21,083 bases of DNA from an uncultured bacterium (lineage in GTDB: Bacteria; CSSED10-310; CAZUFC01). Below the pieces are notes generated by a model that was given only the letters and a program-made list of their open reading frames with translations, was not told where the DNA came from and ran no database searches. Each line of letters opens with the position of its first letter. The stretch's first letter is position 1. This document shows positions 7,920 through 16,685 of this stretch, one piece after another. A program made the translations under genes and the position numbers. The stretch spans positions 1-21,083 of the forward strand of contig CAZUFC010000134.1 in assembly GCA_964619725.1 (NCBI GenBank). Reading direction: 5' to 3'.

Positions 7920-9341
7920 ATGAAGAAAAAAAACAGAACGCTTTTCAACAGGATTCCCCGGAAATATACGACTCCCGCTCTTATTTTTCTGTTTGCCGCC
8001 ATAGCGTTTATTTCATATCGGTTTATAAGCGTCTTATCCAGTCATGACGACGAAGTGAGAGAGGATATTCTGTCCTCCATTGAAGACAGCGCCAATAACC
8101 TGATCAGCGATATTTCGGATTTGATCGAATACATGGAGAGTGATGCATCGGATGACATATTAAAGCGGCAGCCCTCTATCGACTGGCTGGTTCAGACTAA
8201 CGAAGCGATAGAATACGTTGTTTTTCAGGATAGAGACGGAGATTTTATGATTCTTTCGGACCGGCTGCCGTCACAAACGGATGAAACTCCTCTTAAATAT
8301 GATGATGAAGTCATGGGATTCAAGGATAATCTCAGGCGCTCCATGACTTATTCTCTGTCGGGAGAACCGGCATCATACTTTGATATTGCCGTGCCGATTC
8401 GGTTGGCCGACGGAGAGGCCGGAGTTTTGCGCATCGGGGTGAGGAAGGAAAAAATCAGAGAAGCCGTGGTGCAAAGGAGAGGAAAATTCATCCGCAATAT
8501 AGCGGTAGGAATCGGGTTAAGCCTTATCCTGGTTGCTTCAGGTTCTTTTTATATTTCGCGGTTAGCCCGAAAAAATCGCAGCCTGGAGGAAAAAATCAGG
8601 AAGCGAGAACGACTGGCTTACATCGGGACCCTGGCCGGCGGATTGGCTCATGAAATAAAGAACCCGCTCGGTCCCATCAAAGCTAATGTGCAACTGCTTG
8701 AAGAAGACTTCACAGACGGCGAGTACCGTATTCCGGACGATTCTTTTGAGATGTTGAAAAGCGTCAGAAATGAAGTCTCCCGTTTGGAAAACCTGGTTAA
8801 CCAGTTTCTTCTTTTCGCCAAACCGGGAAGAATCCAAAAAACGCCTTGTGTTGTTGAAGAATTGTTGAACGAAGTAATAGAACTGACATCACTGGAACTG
8901 AAAAAAAATAATATCAGAATTTCCAGAAAATTCGACGAAACCTCTGAAATATATGCTGACAGGGCTCTTTTAAAGCAGCTTTTCCTCAACCTGATACTCA
9001 ATGCCCGCGACGCGATGAAAGAAACCGGCGGAACGCTCACAGCAGAAACCGAACGGGACGACGGTTTTTTGATAATCAGAATCAAGGACAGCGGCGTCGG
9101 CATCCCGGAGGAAGACCAAAAACACATATTCGAGGCTTTTTACTCCACCAAGAACGGCGGAACGGGTCTGGGATTGTCCATCGCCCGCCGTATCGTGAGC
9201 GAACATGAAGGCTTCATCGAGCTGAAGAGCCGGCTGAACGAGGGCAGTTGTTTTTCCGTCCATCTTCCGCTTATCAGGACCAGAGAGAGTTCCCCGAGTA
9301 ATGAGGAATTAATGAAAAAACCTGCGGGCGACACGAAATAG
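7920..9341 (+). CDS. Membrane sensor histidine kinase (NtrB/AtoS/ZraS-like HisKA + HATPase)
   Basis: Two TM segments flanking an acidic extracytoplasmic domain of about 150 aa; H-box LAHEIKNPL, N-box QLFLNLILNARDAM, G1 DSGVGI, F-box IFEAFYSTK, G2 GTGLGL. Confidence 0.95.
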   Translation: MKKKNRTLFNRIPRKYTTPALIFLFAAIAFISYRFISVLSSHDDEVREDILSSIEDSANNLISDISDLIEYMESDASDDILKRQPSIDWLVQTNEAIEYVVFQDRDGDFMILSDRLPSQTDETPLKYDDEVMGFKDNLRRSMTYSLSGEPASYFDIAVPIRLADGEAGVLRIGVRKEKIREAVVQRRGKFIRNIAVGIGLSLILVASGSFYISRLARKNRSLEEKIRKRERLAYIGTLAGGLAHEIKNPLGPIKANVQLLEEDFTDGEYRIPDDSFEMLKSVRNEVSRLENLVNQFLLFAKPGRIQKTPCVVEELLNEVIELTSLELKKNNIRISRKFDETSEIYADRALLKQLFLNLILNARDAMKETGGTLTAETERDDGFLIIRIKDSGVGIPEEDQKHIFEAFYSTKNGGTGLGLSIARRIVSEHEGFIELKSRLNEGSCFSVHLPLIRTRESSPSNEELMKKPAGDTK

Positions 9342-9354
9342 GGAATGATTAATC

Positions 9355-10707
9355 ATGTCTGATGAAACAGTTCTTATCGTCGACGATGATGCCGCTTCTT
9401 TGCGCAGCATGGAGAAAACGCTTACCAAAACAGGTCTGAATGTAATTACTGCGGATTCAGGAGAAAAAGCGCTGGAAATACTGAAAAAGGAATTTATCGA
9501 TCTGGTGTTGACCGATATAAAAATGCACCGCGTCAGCGGTATGGACGTCCTTCACTTCGCCAGAAGCCTGGACCCGCCCGTCCCCGTCATGCTTCTCACT
9601 GGCTTCGGTTCCATCGAAAACGCGGTCGACGCCATTAAAACCGGGGCAGAAGATTATATGACCAAACCTGCCGATATCTTTGAACTGCGAAGACGGGTCG
9701 AAAAAATACTCAATGAAAAAAGATTGCAAAATGAGGTCCTGTCGCTTAAAAGAGAACTCAATAAAAAATACGGCTTCTCCAATCTCATCGGAAATTCCGA
9801 AGAGATGGAACAGGTATATGACAAAATAGTGCAACTTGCCTCCGCGCGCAGTACCGTCCTGATTCAGGGAGAAAGCGGAACGGGCAAGGAACTGATCGCC
9901 CGCGCCATTCACTACAACAGCCCCAGAAAAGCCAATCCCTTTATTCCGCTTAATTGCTCGGCTCTTTCTGAAGGCGTTATAGAAAGCGAATTATTCGGGC
10001 ATGAAAAGGGAGCATTCACCGGGGCCGACCGCCGGACCATCGGAAAATTTGAACAGGCGCACAAGGGCACGTTGTTCCTGGATGAAGTAGGCGAAATAGC
10101 TCTGAACACTCAAATTAAGCTGCTTCGGTTCCTGGAAGAACGGGAATTGACGAGAATCGGCGGAGCGGAAGTGATTAAGGTAGACGTAAGGCTCATTGCA
10201 GCCACAAACGCGGACCTGGAAGAACTCGTGCAAAAAAAGCGATTCCGTGAGGACCTCTATTATCGACTGAAAGTCGTCACCGTCAATGTTCCTCCGCTAC
10301 GGAGACGCACAGACGACGTTCCGCTGCTGACCGATTTTTTCCTGGAAAAGTTCAACAGGGAAAACAACAAAAATATCAAGGGATTCACTTCTGAAGCTAT
10401 GGACGCGCTCCTGCACTATAAGTGGCCGGGAAACGTCAGGGAACTCAAAAATTTAATCGAAAGTTTAGTCGTAATAAGCCGGAAAAACACCATCGAATTC
10501 GAGGACCTGCCGTCTTTCATCAAGGATTATGTCTGCGAAAAACCTGACGCCGAATCGCTCGACAGCGCCGAAACCATGGAGGAAGCGGAAAGGTTGATGA
10601 TAGAAAGGGCGCTGAAAAAAACCCGGGGCAATCGCACAAAAGCGGCGGAAATGCTGGGCATAGGAATAAGAACCTTGCAGAGAAAATTAAAAAAATATAA
10701 TTTATGA
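9355..10707 (+). CDS. Sigma54-dependent NtrC-family response regulator (REC, AAA+, Fis HTH)
   Basis: REC LIVDDD/DIKM/TKP; Walker A GESGTGKE; GAFTGA loop; Walker B LFLDEV; FREDLYYRL; WPGNVREL; HTH GNRTKAAEMLGIGIRTLQRKL. Confidence 0.97.
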   Translation: MSDETVLIVDDDAASLRSMEKTLTKTGLNVITADSGEKALEILKKEFIDLVLTDIKMHRVSGMDVLHFARSLDPPVPVMLLTGFGSIENAVDAIKTGAEDYMTKPADIFELRRRVEKILNEKRLQNEVLSLKRELNKKYGFSNLIGNSEEMEQVYDKIVQLASARSTVLIQGESGTGKELIARAIHYNSPRKANPFIPLNCSALSEGVIESELFGHEKGAFTGADRRTIGKFEQAHKGTLFLDEVGEIALNTQIKLLRFLEERELTRIGGAEVIKVDVRLIAATNADLEELVQKKRFREDLYYRLKVVTVNVPPLRRRTDDVPLLTDFFLEKFNRENNKNIKGFTSEAMDALLHYKWPGNVRELKNLIESLVVISRKNTIEFEDLPSFIKDYVCEKPDAESLDSAETMEEAERLMIERALKKTRGNRTKAAEMLGIGIRTLQRKLKKYNL

Positions 10708-10805
10708 TTGCATGAACGCGGGCAAAAAAGAGGAACCGGAAAAAGCCGGCGGCAGATTTTATGTTCATTGTGCCGGATTCCATCGTGTTCCTGAAGGAGG
10801 AAACC

Positions 10806-11018
10806 TTGGCGAAGAGCAATAAAAAGAAATCGAAGCAAACACGGACATCTCAAAAAAGTCAAAACGAAAAACAGGAGAAAACGCCAAAAGAGATGCCGGA
10901 CGATCATAATGAGAAACCTTTTTATAATTTCGCCTGGTACAAGCTACCATTGCTGATATCGGGCGCGGTTACGCTCCTTTGCCTGATTCTGCTGTTTCTG
11001 ACGACAGGCTCATCATGA
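10806..11018 (+). CDS. Small protein (70 aa) with charged N-terminus and single C-terminal TM helix
   Basis: Strong RBS AAGGAGG (10794-10800) 5 nt before in-frame TTG at 10806, so the start is moved from the track's 10761; hydrophobic LPLLISGAVTLLCLILLFL near the C-terminus. Confidence 0.55.
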   Translation: MAKSNKKKSKQTRTSQKSQNEKQEKTPKEMPDDHNEKPFYNFAWYKLPLLISGAVTLLCLILLFLTTGSS

Positions 11019-11107
11019 GCTGCTGCGGAATAAACTACAAGGACTGGTTTCATGAACGGGGCAAGGTGCATGAAAAAACCCGGCAAATTCATCAAGGGAG
11101 GAAACCG

Positions 11108-11875
11108 ATGAAAAAAACGGCGTTTGTCGTTTTAATGATAAGCATATCCATTCACTGGGCGGGGACCGCATTCATTCAAGCTCAGGACAGAACTCCCAGT
11201 ATGTCCAAGTTGCTGGAATTGATGCAGGGCGAGGATATCCTGGCGATTAATGAAGCGGCAAAAAAGATCGTGCAATACGGAAAAGATGCCGTGCCGCCTC
11301 TCCTGGAATTACTCGAATCGGAGAACCGCGATTCCAGGGCGGGAGCGCTGATGGCCCTGGGTTACATCCGGGACCCAAGCGCGGTTGATCCTATTCTGGA
11401 ATATTGGCGCAAATTGGGTATCATCGCTCAAAAAGAGGATACTTTCGCTGAAAAATATCTGCGGCATGAAATAATCAGGGCGCTCGGCAACCTGAACGAT
11501 AAAAAAGCCGTGCCTCTCCTTCAGCAGAGTCTTGAAACGGACGATCAGTATGATCGAACCAGGGCCCTTATTTCACTTGCATCATTAGGCGAAGACGAAG
11601 CTTATAAGGAACTTCTCAGGACCCTTAAACACGATAACGGCGACATCAGAAATATGGCCGTTCAAGGCCTCGGCAAACTGGCAAGAAAAGAGAGTATCGA
11701 TGCCCTGGTCCCGCTTCTGTCGGACGAACATTGGTACGTTCGCGACAATGCCGTCGAAGCTCTTGGTAAAATCGGCGGAGAAAAAGCCTATCAGGAAATC
11801 AAAAAACTCACTCAGGACGAAAATCCCTTCGTCCAGCGAACTGCCCGGGAAACACTTGAATCGATGAAACGTTAA
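11108..11875 (+). CDS. Secreted HEAT/PBS-lyase repeat protein
   Basis: RBS GGGAGG (11096-11101) before ATG at 11108; signal peptide MKKTAFVVLMISISIHWAGTAFIQA; repeats such as RAGALMALGYI, RNMAVQGLGKL, VRDNAVEALGKIG. Confidence 0.88.
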   Translation: MKKTAFVVLMISISIHWAGTAFIQAQDRTPSMSKLLELMQGEDILAINEAAKKIVQYGKDAVPPLLELLESENRDSRAGALMALGYIRDPSAVDPILEYWRKLGIIAQKEDTFAEKYLRHEIIRALGNLNDKKAVPLLQQSLETDDQYDRTRALISLASLGEDEAYKELLRTLKHDNGDIRNMAVQGLGKLARKESIDALVPLLSDEHWYVRDNAVEALGKIGGEKAYQEIKKLTQDENPFVQRTARETLESMKR

Positions 11876-11916
11876 ACAGCGCAGACTCCCGTATACTTTA
11901 ATCATGAAAACGCCAA

Positions 11917-11939
11917 TTTGAAAACCGGTCGTTTTCAAA
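11917..11939. terminator. AT-rich inverted repeat downstream of the HEAT gene (weak terminator or operator)
   Basis: tttgaaaac-cggtc-gttttcaaa, perfect 9-bp arms. Confidence 0.3.
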
Positions 11940-12338
11940 AATACCCAGTCCTTTGCCGAGAAAAACATGGTTTATTTCTGATAAGAGAAGAAGTGATTTG
12001 CAAAAAACGTGATCCTTGTTTGATCAGTCCCTGAAAATTTATGAATAAATGATCCGTGTGGTTGCTGGAGCTGGGTGTTTAGCCGACGGGGTGAATTTTA
12101 TCGCGGGAAAAGGTCATGCTGAATATTGGAGGCCGTCGCATGTTGTTGGATTCCCGCCGCTGAAGTTTTAACTGCAGGCAGCCGACTTTTCGATTCTTAT
12201 CGCTTGTTTCGCAGTTGAATTGCCTTGACCATTTCAACCGTTTAGCCGCCATGAATTTCGCTATGATTATTCAAGGCGGAACAGTTCATACTGGCGTTTT
12301 ACGATGAAAAAGTTTCAGGACGGGGAGGGATATCTTCT

Positions 12339-12983
12339 TTACGCTTCTGCAGATTCCGCTTTTCCGGCCGAATCAGGCTTTACTGATCTAAAAGTTTCAA
12401 AAATCTTTTTGTTGTAAAAAACTATCCATAAAAGAAAGGAAATCAACCGGCTTCCTGCCTGTTCCATAAAAGCCCGCAGGTATAGCACCAGGTTCATTGA
12501 AGAAACCTTCAGCCATGCCTGGAAAGGTTTGTTCATCATTACATCTACTTTCTGATGAGTGATGGCGTAATAATTCAAATAGGCGTGAAGCAGATGACTT
12601 AGTGAAAGAAAAACAAACGCTATGGGCAACGAAATCAGGCGCCTTTTCCAGGATATTCCGGGAGTTGCCAGAAAAAGGGCTACAAAGGGAATAACGTTGA
12701 AATGCAGAGTCAACAATTCAAGTCCCTTGGTTCTTTTTCTTAGAGAGTCGACGTCCAGCTCGCTTTTTTTGTAGATGAGAAGCATATCCTTCGCCGGGGT
12801 CCGCTCTCCTTCCCTGTTTTTCGCAGGAGCCAGCAAGCCCACATAATCTTCCGGGAGTATGAAGTTGTAAATTCCCGTGAAAACAGGATTATACGCTTTC
12901 GGTCCTATGTACATGGCCCACAAGGGACCGAAAACAGCAGCGATCAGCAGACATTTAAGAAGAAACAGGAGCAAATTTTTCAC
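12339..12983 (-). CDS. Exosortase H-associated membrane protein (non-catalytic exosortase-like partner)
   Basis: Polytopic membrane protein overlapping the exosortase 3' end by 29 nt; FVALFLATPGISWKRRLISLPIAF parallels AAVIAYPSKLREKLYGLLLG of the exosortase, but the catalytic Cys and NxxR are absent. Confidence 0.7.
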   Translation of the reverse strand: MKNLLLFLLKCLLIAAVFGPLWAMYIGPKAYNPVFTGIYNFILPEDYVGLLAPAKNREGERTPAKDMLLIYKKSELDVDSLRKRTKGLELLTLHFNVIPFVALFLATPGISWKRRLISLPIAFVFLSLSHLLHAYLNYYAITHQKVDVMMNKPFQAWLKVSSMNLVLYLRAFMEQAGSRLISFLLWIVFYNKKIFETFRSVKPDSAGKAESAEA

Positions 12984-13527
12984 TTTTTACGAACTTTTCT
13001 TTCCAAAGTATCCAGAAAAATACAACGAACAGGATGAATATTCCCTGCCACATCCATTCGTGGAACCAGTCGAACAAATTTTTCCAGTGCAGCCCGATAA
13101 TACCCAGTGCCACCATGCGAATCCAATTGATCAAATACAACCCGGGAATGCCAAGCAGCAATCCGTACAATTTTTCACGTAATTTTGAGGGATAAGCGAT
13201 GACCGCTGCAGTATAGATCATCATTCCGAAAATCCCTGCGCACTCGTAAATAATGGAAAAATTGAAGGGCGTCCCGCCGGCGGCGCTTTGCAGGGATATC
13301 CCTGCTTCATGAGTCTGTGCAGTGTAGCCCAACAGATTCAGCACCATGGCGACCGATTTGGCCATAAAAACAGGCAAATTGTAAGCGATGTATTTATGAG
13401 AATACGGCCAGTGGAGTATGAAATAAAAGAGCAGCCAGAAATAAAGAAGCAGGGCATAAAACTTCACCAATACTTTGTTTCTCTTGAAAAAATCCCAACT
13501 TTTCCTTAAAAAGTTTCTCAACGTCAA
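12955..13527 (-). CDS. xrtH: Exosortase/archaeosortase family transpeptidase, most like exosortase H (IPTL-CTERM-specific)
   Basis: Catalytic triad motifs IIYECAG (C96), INWIR (R137), FDWFHEWMWQ (H156), ending FWILW; short 190-aa form. The true start may be TTG at 13521, which has better spacing to GAGGG. Confidence 0.82.
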   Translation of the reverse strand: MTLRNFLRKSWDFFKRNKVLVKFYALLLYFWLLFYFILHWPYSHKYIAYNLPVFMAKSVAMVLNLLGYTAQTHEAGISLQSAAGGTPFNFSIIYECAGIFGMMIYTAAVIAYPSKLREKLYGLLLGIPGLYLINWIRMVALGIIGLHWKNLFDWFHEWMWQGIFILFVVFFWILWKEKFVKSEKFAPVSS

Positions 13528-13591
13528 TCCCTCTTTTAATGATTAGTTTCCAGTCATTCCCGGGAATCGGAACAACCTCATTCCCTTTTGG

Positions 13592-13620
13592 ATTATAAGC
13601 ATCGACCGCCCTGCTGTCAA
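13592..13620 (-). promoter_or_regulatory. Perfect-consensus sigma70 promoter for the exosortase operon
   Basis: Minus-strand TTGACA (13620-13615), 17-nt spacer, TATAAT (13597-13592). Confidence 0.85.
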
Positions 13621-13691
13621 GAAAGCTTTTCGTGATTGGTCAAGGCGCGATTACCATTTCTGGCCATCTCGTTCTCTCTTTTTCGTGAAGG

Positions 13692-13718
13692 TCCGTGTTA
13701 TCCGTGTTATCCGCTGTT
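13692..13718. repeat. Short 9-mer tandem repeat (tccgtgtta x2 plus one degenerate copy)
   Basis: tccgtgtta tccgtgtta tccgctgtt read directly. Confidence 0.55.
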
Positions 13719-13995
13719 GCCGGAGCCTGCACATTACTTGCACAGGTCCGAGCATTTTGATTCTCGCCTGTCTTTCAAGCTGAATCTTTCATGCTTGCCG
13801 TGCGGAGCAGCAGGGATACCTGTTTGCGGTTTCCGTCGGTGTTGAGGCTTCAGTTCAGAGCTTATTTTTTTCATCGGTTTTCTTGACTTTTTAATTCAAA
13901 TCAGTAAATATTGGTGATGTAAAAATTCATTAATTCAGAATTTTTAGCAGCAGAAATTGGCAGGTAAGGGAAATAAAAAACGTGAGGAGGTACAA

Positions 13996-16587
13996 ATGAA
14001 GAAATACAGAGGCAAGATTATTTTGTTCTTGTTGTTGTCGATTTCTATTATTCCAACACTTTGTTATGGTGCGGAAGGAGAGGACTGGTTCGGCGATTTT
14101 TTCATTGACGATGCTTTGGTGGCTCGACCCTATTTACATGACGAGCCTCGTTATACTCAGGGATTATCGAACGAGATCGAATGGGACGCTGTAACGGATG
14201 CAACGGGATATTTTGCTGAAGTATCAGAGAATCCGAATTTTGCGCCGTTAACGGATGAAAGCGGCTGGGTGACGGGACTGACTCACGAATTCGGTCCGCT
14301 GTCAGATGATCAGGCATATTTTTATCGGGTAAAAGCGCGAGATACGCTTTATACGGGGCCCTGGTCCAGGATAGTATATTCGATTCAGGATGCCAACGAG
14401 CCGAATTCTGCAGTTTTGCCTCTGCCTTATGTTTCTCCGCCGGTATTTTTAGGAGACGCGTTTTTTGAAGATCAGACGAGCGGCGTTGAATTTTACGAAA
14501 TTTATTACAGCAAAGACGGCGGAGCATGGGAAATGTATCCTCAGACGTTCGGTTCCGACACATTTGTATTTGATTCGAATATAACGGGCGGGGACGGATT
14601 TTACGAATTTTATTCGATTGCGCAGGATTATGCGGGCAACCGTGAGACGGAGCCGCTGGAACCTGATGCTTTCACGATAATAAGCAGCATACCCACATCG
14701 ACGCCGGCGCCGAGTCCGACGGGTCCTCCGACGGCGACGCCTGAGCCGACGGGCCCGACGGCGATACCGACGGTGACTCCGACTGCGACGGAAGTGCCTT
14801 CAGGCGACACATGTGAAGATACTCGCCCGATAGAGATGAACGGACCCATTGCGTATGGCGACACATGCGCGTATGAGGACGATTACGATCCTTACATGTG
14901 TCAGCCTTATTCTTTTGCTCCAGACGTAGTATTCGAGTTTACGACGGATCAGTGCTATTCGAACGTCAGGATATGCCTGAACAGTGATTTTGATGCAGTC
15001 ATGTATCTTCGATCTCAATGTCCTGGAATGGCTTATCATGAGATGGCGTGTTCTGACGAATTAACGGCCCCTTGCGTGATAAACGATCCTGAATGCCAGA
15101 ATTTTTTCGGTGAAGTTATTGAATTGTCGATGCTTGAGGCTGGGGAATATTATATTTTCGTGGACGGATATGCTGACGAGTGCGGTTCTTTCTGTCTGGA
15201 ACTGTCCGGCAGAGCCGGATGCCAGGCCCCCGATCAATGTCCCGGTGATGTAATCAGCGCCCTTCCCTCCGCCAATCTTATGGGCAACACCTGTTTCACG
15301 CGGAACCTTTACACGGGGAGCTGCAATCTTGACACGGATTCTCCTGATTCCGTTTATCAGTTTTCCATAGAGCGTTGCTATCACGACGTTTCGATCTGTT
15401 TATCATCTGATTTCCCTTCAGCTCTGTATTTAAGGCATGATGAATGCGCATCGGCATCGGCGGAAGTAGCCTGCACGAACGAGCAGATGGACTGTAACGC
15501 GAATTGTCCGGATTACGCATTTCATCGTGGCTTGACATTCGACACGTTATTCCCGGGCGATTATTACATTTTCATCGACGGAGACGGCAACCCTGATTAT
15601 TGCGGGGCTTATTGCCTGGAGGCGAACGGGATACCGACATATATCGAAGGAGATGATTGCGAACATATCTACGAGATATCTCTGGGCGAACAGGTTGTTA
15701 TTCCGGATATGATATGCTTAATGGACGATTTCTCACCCCAGTTTTGCGGATATCAACCTGGCGGAATCGATAAGGTTTTTAAACTGGAAGTGCCCTGCAT
15801 GAAAGACGTGCATATTTCGGTCGTACCGGACGCTTGGGACGTAGTTCTCTATTTGCGTTCCGACTGCTCTGATCCCGGCACGGAAATCTACTGCGTGAAC
15901 GAGGAAGGCGCAGGCATTGAAGAAATGCTGAATTTAACGCTTGAAGCCGGAGAATATTATATTTTCGTCGACGGTAACGGTCCGGATCAAAGCGGCGGTT
16001 TTTCGTTGTCCACGACACAGGTCAACACGCATCATTGCGTCTCTCCTATCGAGATCAACTGCGGCGTATCGCTGGAGGATCAGACAAACGAAGGTTACTG
16101 CAACGAATTCGTTTATTACGGATGCGGCGCGCCTCAGCCTTATAACGGCCCGGATGTCGTCTACCGGGTGGACACGGTACCGGACGGTTATATTTTCCAG
16201 GCTTCTCTGATTCCGGAAGAAGGGGATGACGAAATTACATTTTTCGTTTTGAATGACTGCAACCCGCAGGACTGCATAGTCGGCGGCGAAAATACCGTTG
16301 AATTCCAGGGGACCGGCGATCCCGTATACATCGTTTGCGACGGTCTTGCAGCCGATGATTACGGACCGTTCGTTCTCAATGTCGCCTGCAATACGCCTAC
16401 TCCGACTCCAACATCAACCATGACGGCAACCAGCACCGCAACGCCGACCAACACCTGGACTCCCACCATCACTCCCACACCGACTCCACAACCCATACCC
16501 GCCAGCTCGCAAGCAGCGCGCCTGGCCCTGATCGGATTGCTTACATTCATACTGCTGACATTCTGGAGTAAAAGGAAAGAAGCCTAA
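13996..16587 (+). CDS. Large Cys-rich acidic surface protein: signal peptide, FN3/Ig-like region, Thr/Pro linker, four PPC-like repeats, Thr/Pro stalk, IPTL-CTERM-like sorting tail
   Basis: RBS GAGGAGG (13984-13990) before ATG 13996; signal peptide MKKYRGKIILFLLLSISIIPTLCYG; FN3-like YFYRVKARD; repeats with PDVV(F/Y)...LYLR..C...AC...GEYYIFVDG; tail TPTPQP-IPASSQAA-RLALIGLLTFILLTFW-SKRKEA. Confidence 0.88.
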   Translation: MKKYRGKIILFLLLSISIIPTLCYGAEGEDWFGDFFIDDALVARPYLHDEPRYTQGLSNEIEWDAVTDATGYFAEVSENPNFAPLTDESGWVTGLTHEFGPLSDDQAYFYRVKARDTLYTGPWSRIVYSIQDANEPNSAVLPLPYVSPPVFLGDAFFEDQTSGVEFYEIYYSKDGGAWEMYPQTFGSDTFVFDSNITGGDGFYEFYSIAQDYAGNRETEPLEPDAFTIISSIPTSTPAPSPTGPPTATPEPTGPTAIPTVTPTATEVPSGDTCEDTRPIEMNGPIAYGDTCAYEDDYDPYMCQPYSFAPDVVFEFTTDQCYSNVRICLNSDFDAVMYLRSQCPGMAYHEMACSDELTAPCVINDPECQNFFGEVIELSMLEAGEYYIFVDGYADECGSFCLELSGRAGCQAPDQCPGDVISALPSANLMGNTCFTRNLYTGSCNLDTDSPDSVYQFSIERCYHDVSICLSSDFPSALYLRHDECASASAEVACTNEQMDCNANCPDYAFHRGLTFDTLFPGDYYIFIDGDGNPDYCGAYCLEANGIPTYIEGDDCEHIYEISLGEQVVIPDMICLMDDFSPQFCGYQPGGIDKVFKLEVPCMKDVHISVVPDAWDVVLYLRSDCSDPGTEIYCVNEEGAGIEEMLNLTLEAGEYYIFVDGNGPDQSGGFSLSTTQVNTHHCVSPIEINCGVSLEDQTNEGYCNEFVYYGCGAPQPYNGPDVVYRVDTVPDGYIFQASLIPEEGDDEITFFVLNDCNPQDCIVGGENTVEFQGTGDPVYIVCDGLAADDYGPFVLNVACNTPTPTPTSTMTATSTATPTNTWTPTITPTPTPQPIPASSQAARLALIGLLTFILLTFWSKRKEA

Positions 16588-16641
16588 GATCGGGCGACTC
16601 CGAAACCGTTCTTAGCTTTTGACGAATTATAGAAATTACGG

Positions 16642-16685
16642 GTTAAAGAAAGTCGTTTCCGAATTCCTCAGCGACTTTCTTTAAC
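16642..16685. terminator. Inverted repeat between convergent genes, probable bidirectional terminator
   Basis: Perfect 14-bp arms gttaaagaaagtcg (16642-16655)/cgactttctttaac (16672-16685), 16-nt loop; the right arm contains the stop codon of the 824-aa gene. Confidence 0.55.

Noticed and set aside
11940-12338. Long non-coding gap as ncRNA or pseudogene
   Set aside because: Only short scattered complementarities (for example gccttga/tcaaggc); no recognisable RNA family or coding remnant.
13692-13718. Tandem repeat as CRISPR remnant
   Set aside because: 9-nt units with no spacers and no cas genes.
13636-13845. 69-aa Cys-containing ORF in the divergent region
   Set aside because: No RBS, overlaps the tandem repeat and hairpin; its PCYPCY pattern comes from the DNA repeat.
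14047-14070. IPTLCYG inside the signal peptide, resembling the IPTL sorting motif or a lipobox
   Set aside because: Wrong position for a C-terminal sorting signal and PTLC is not a lipobox; most likely coincidence.
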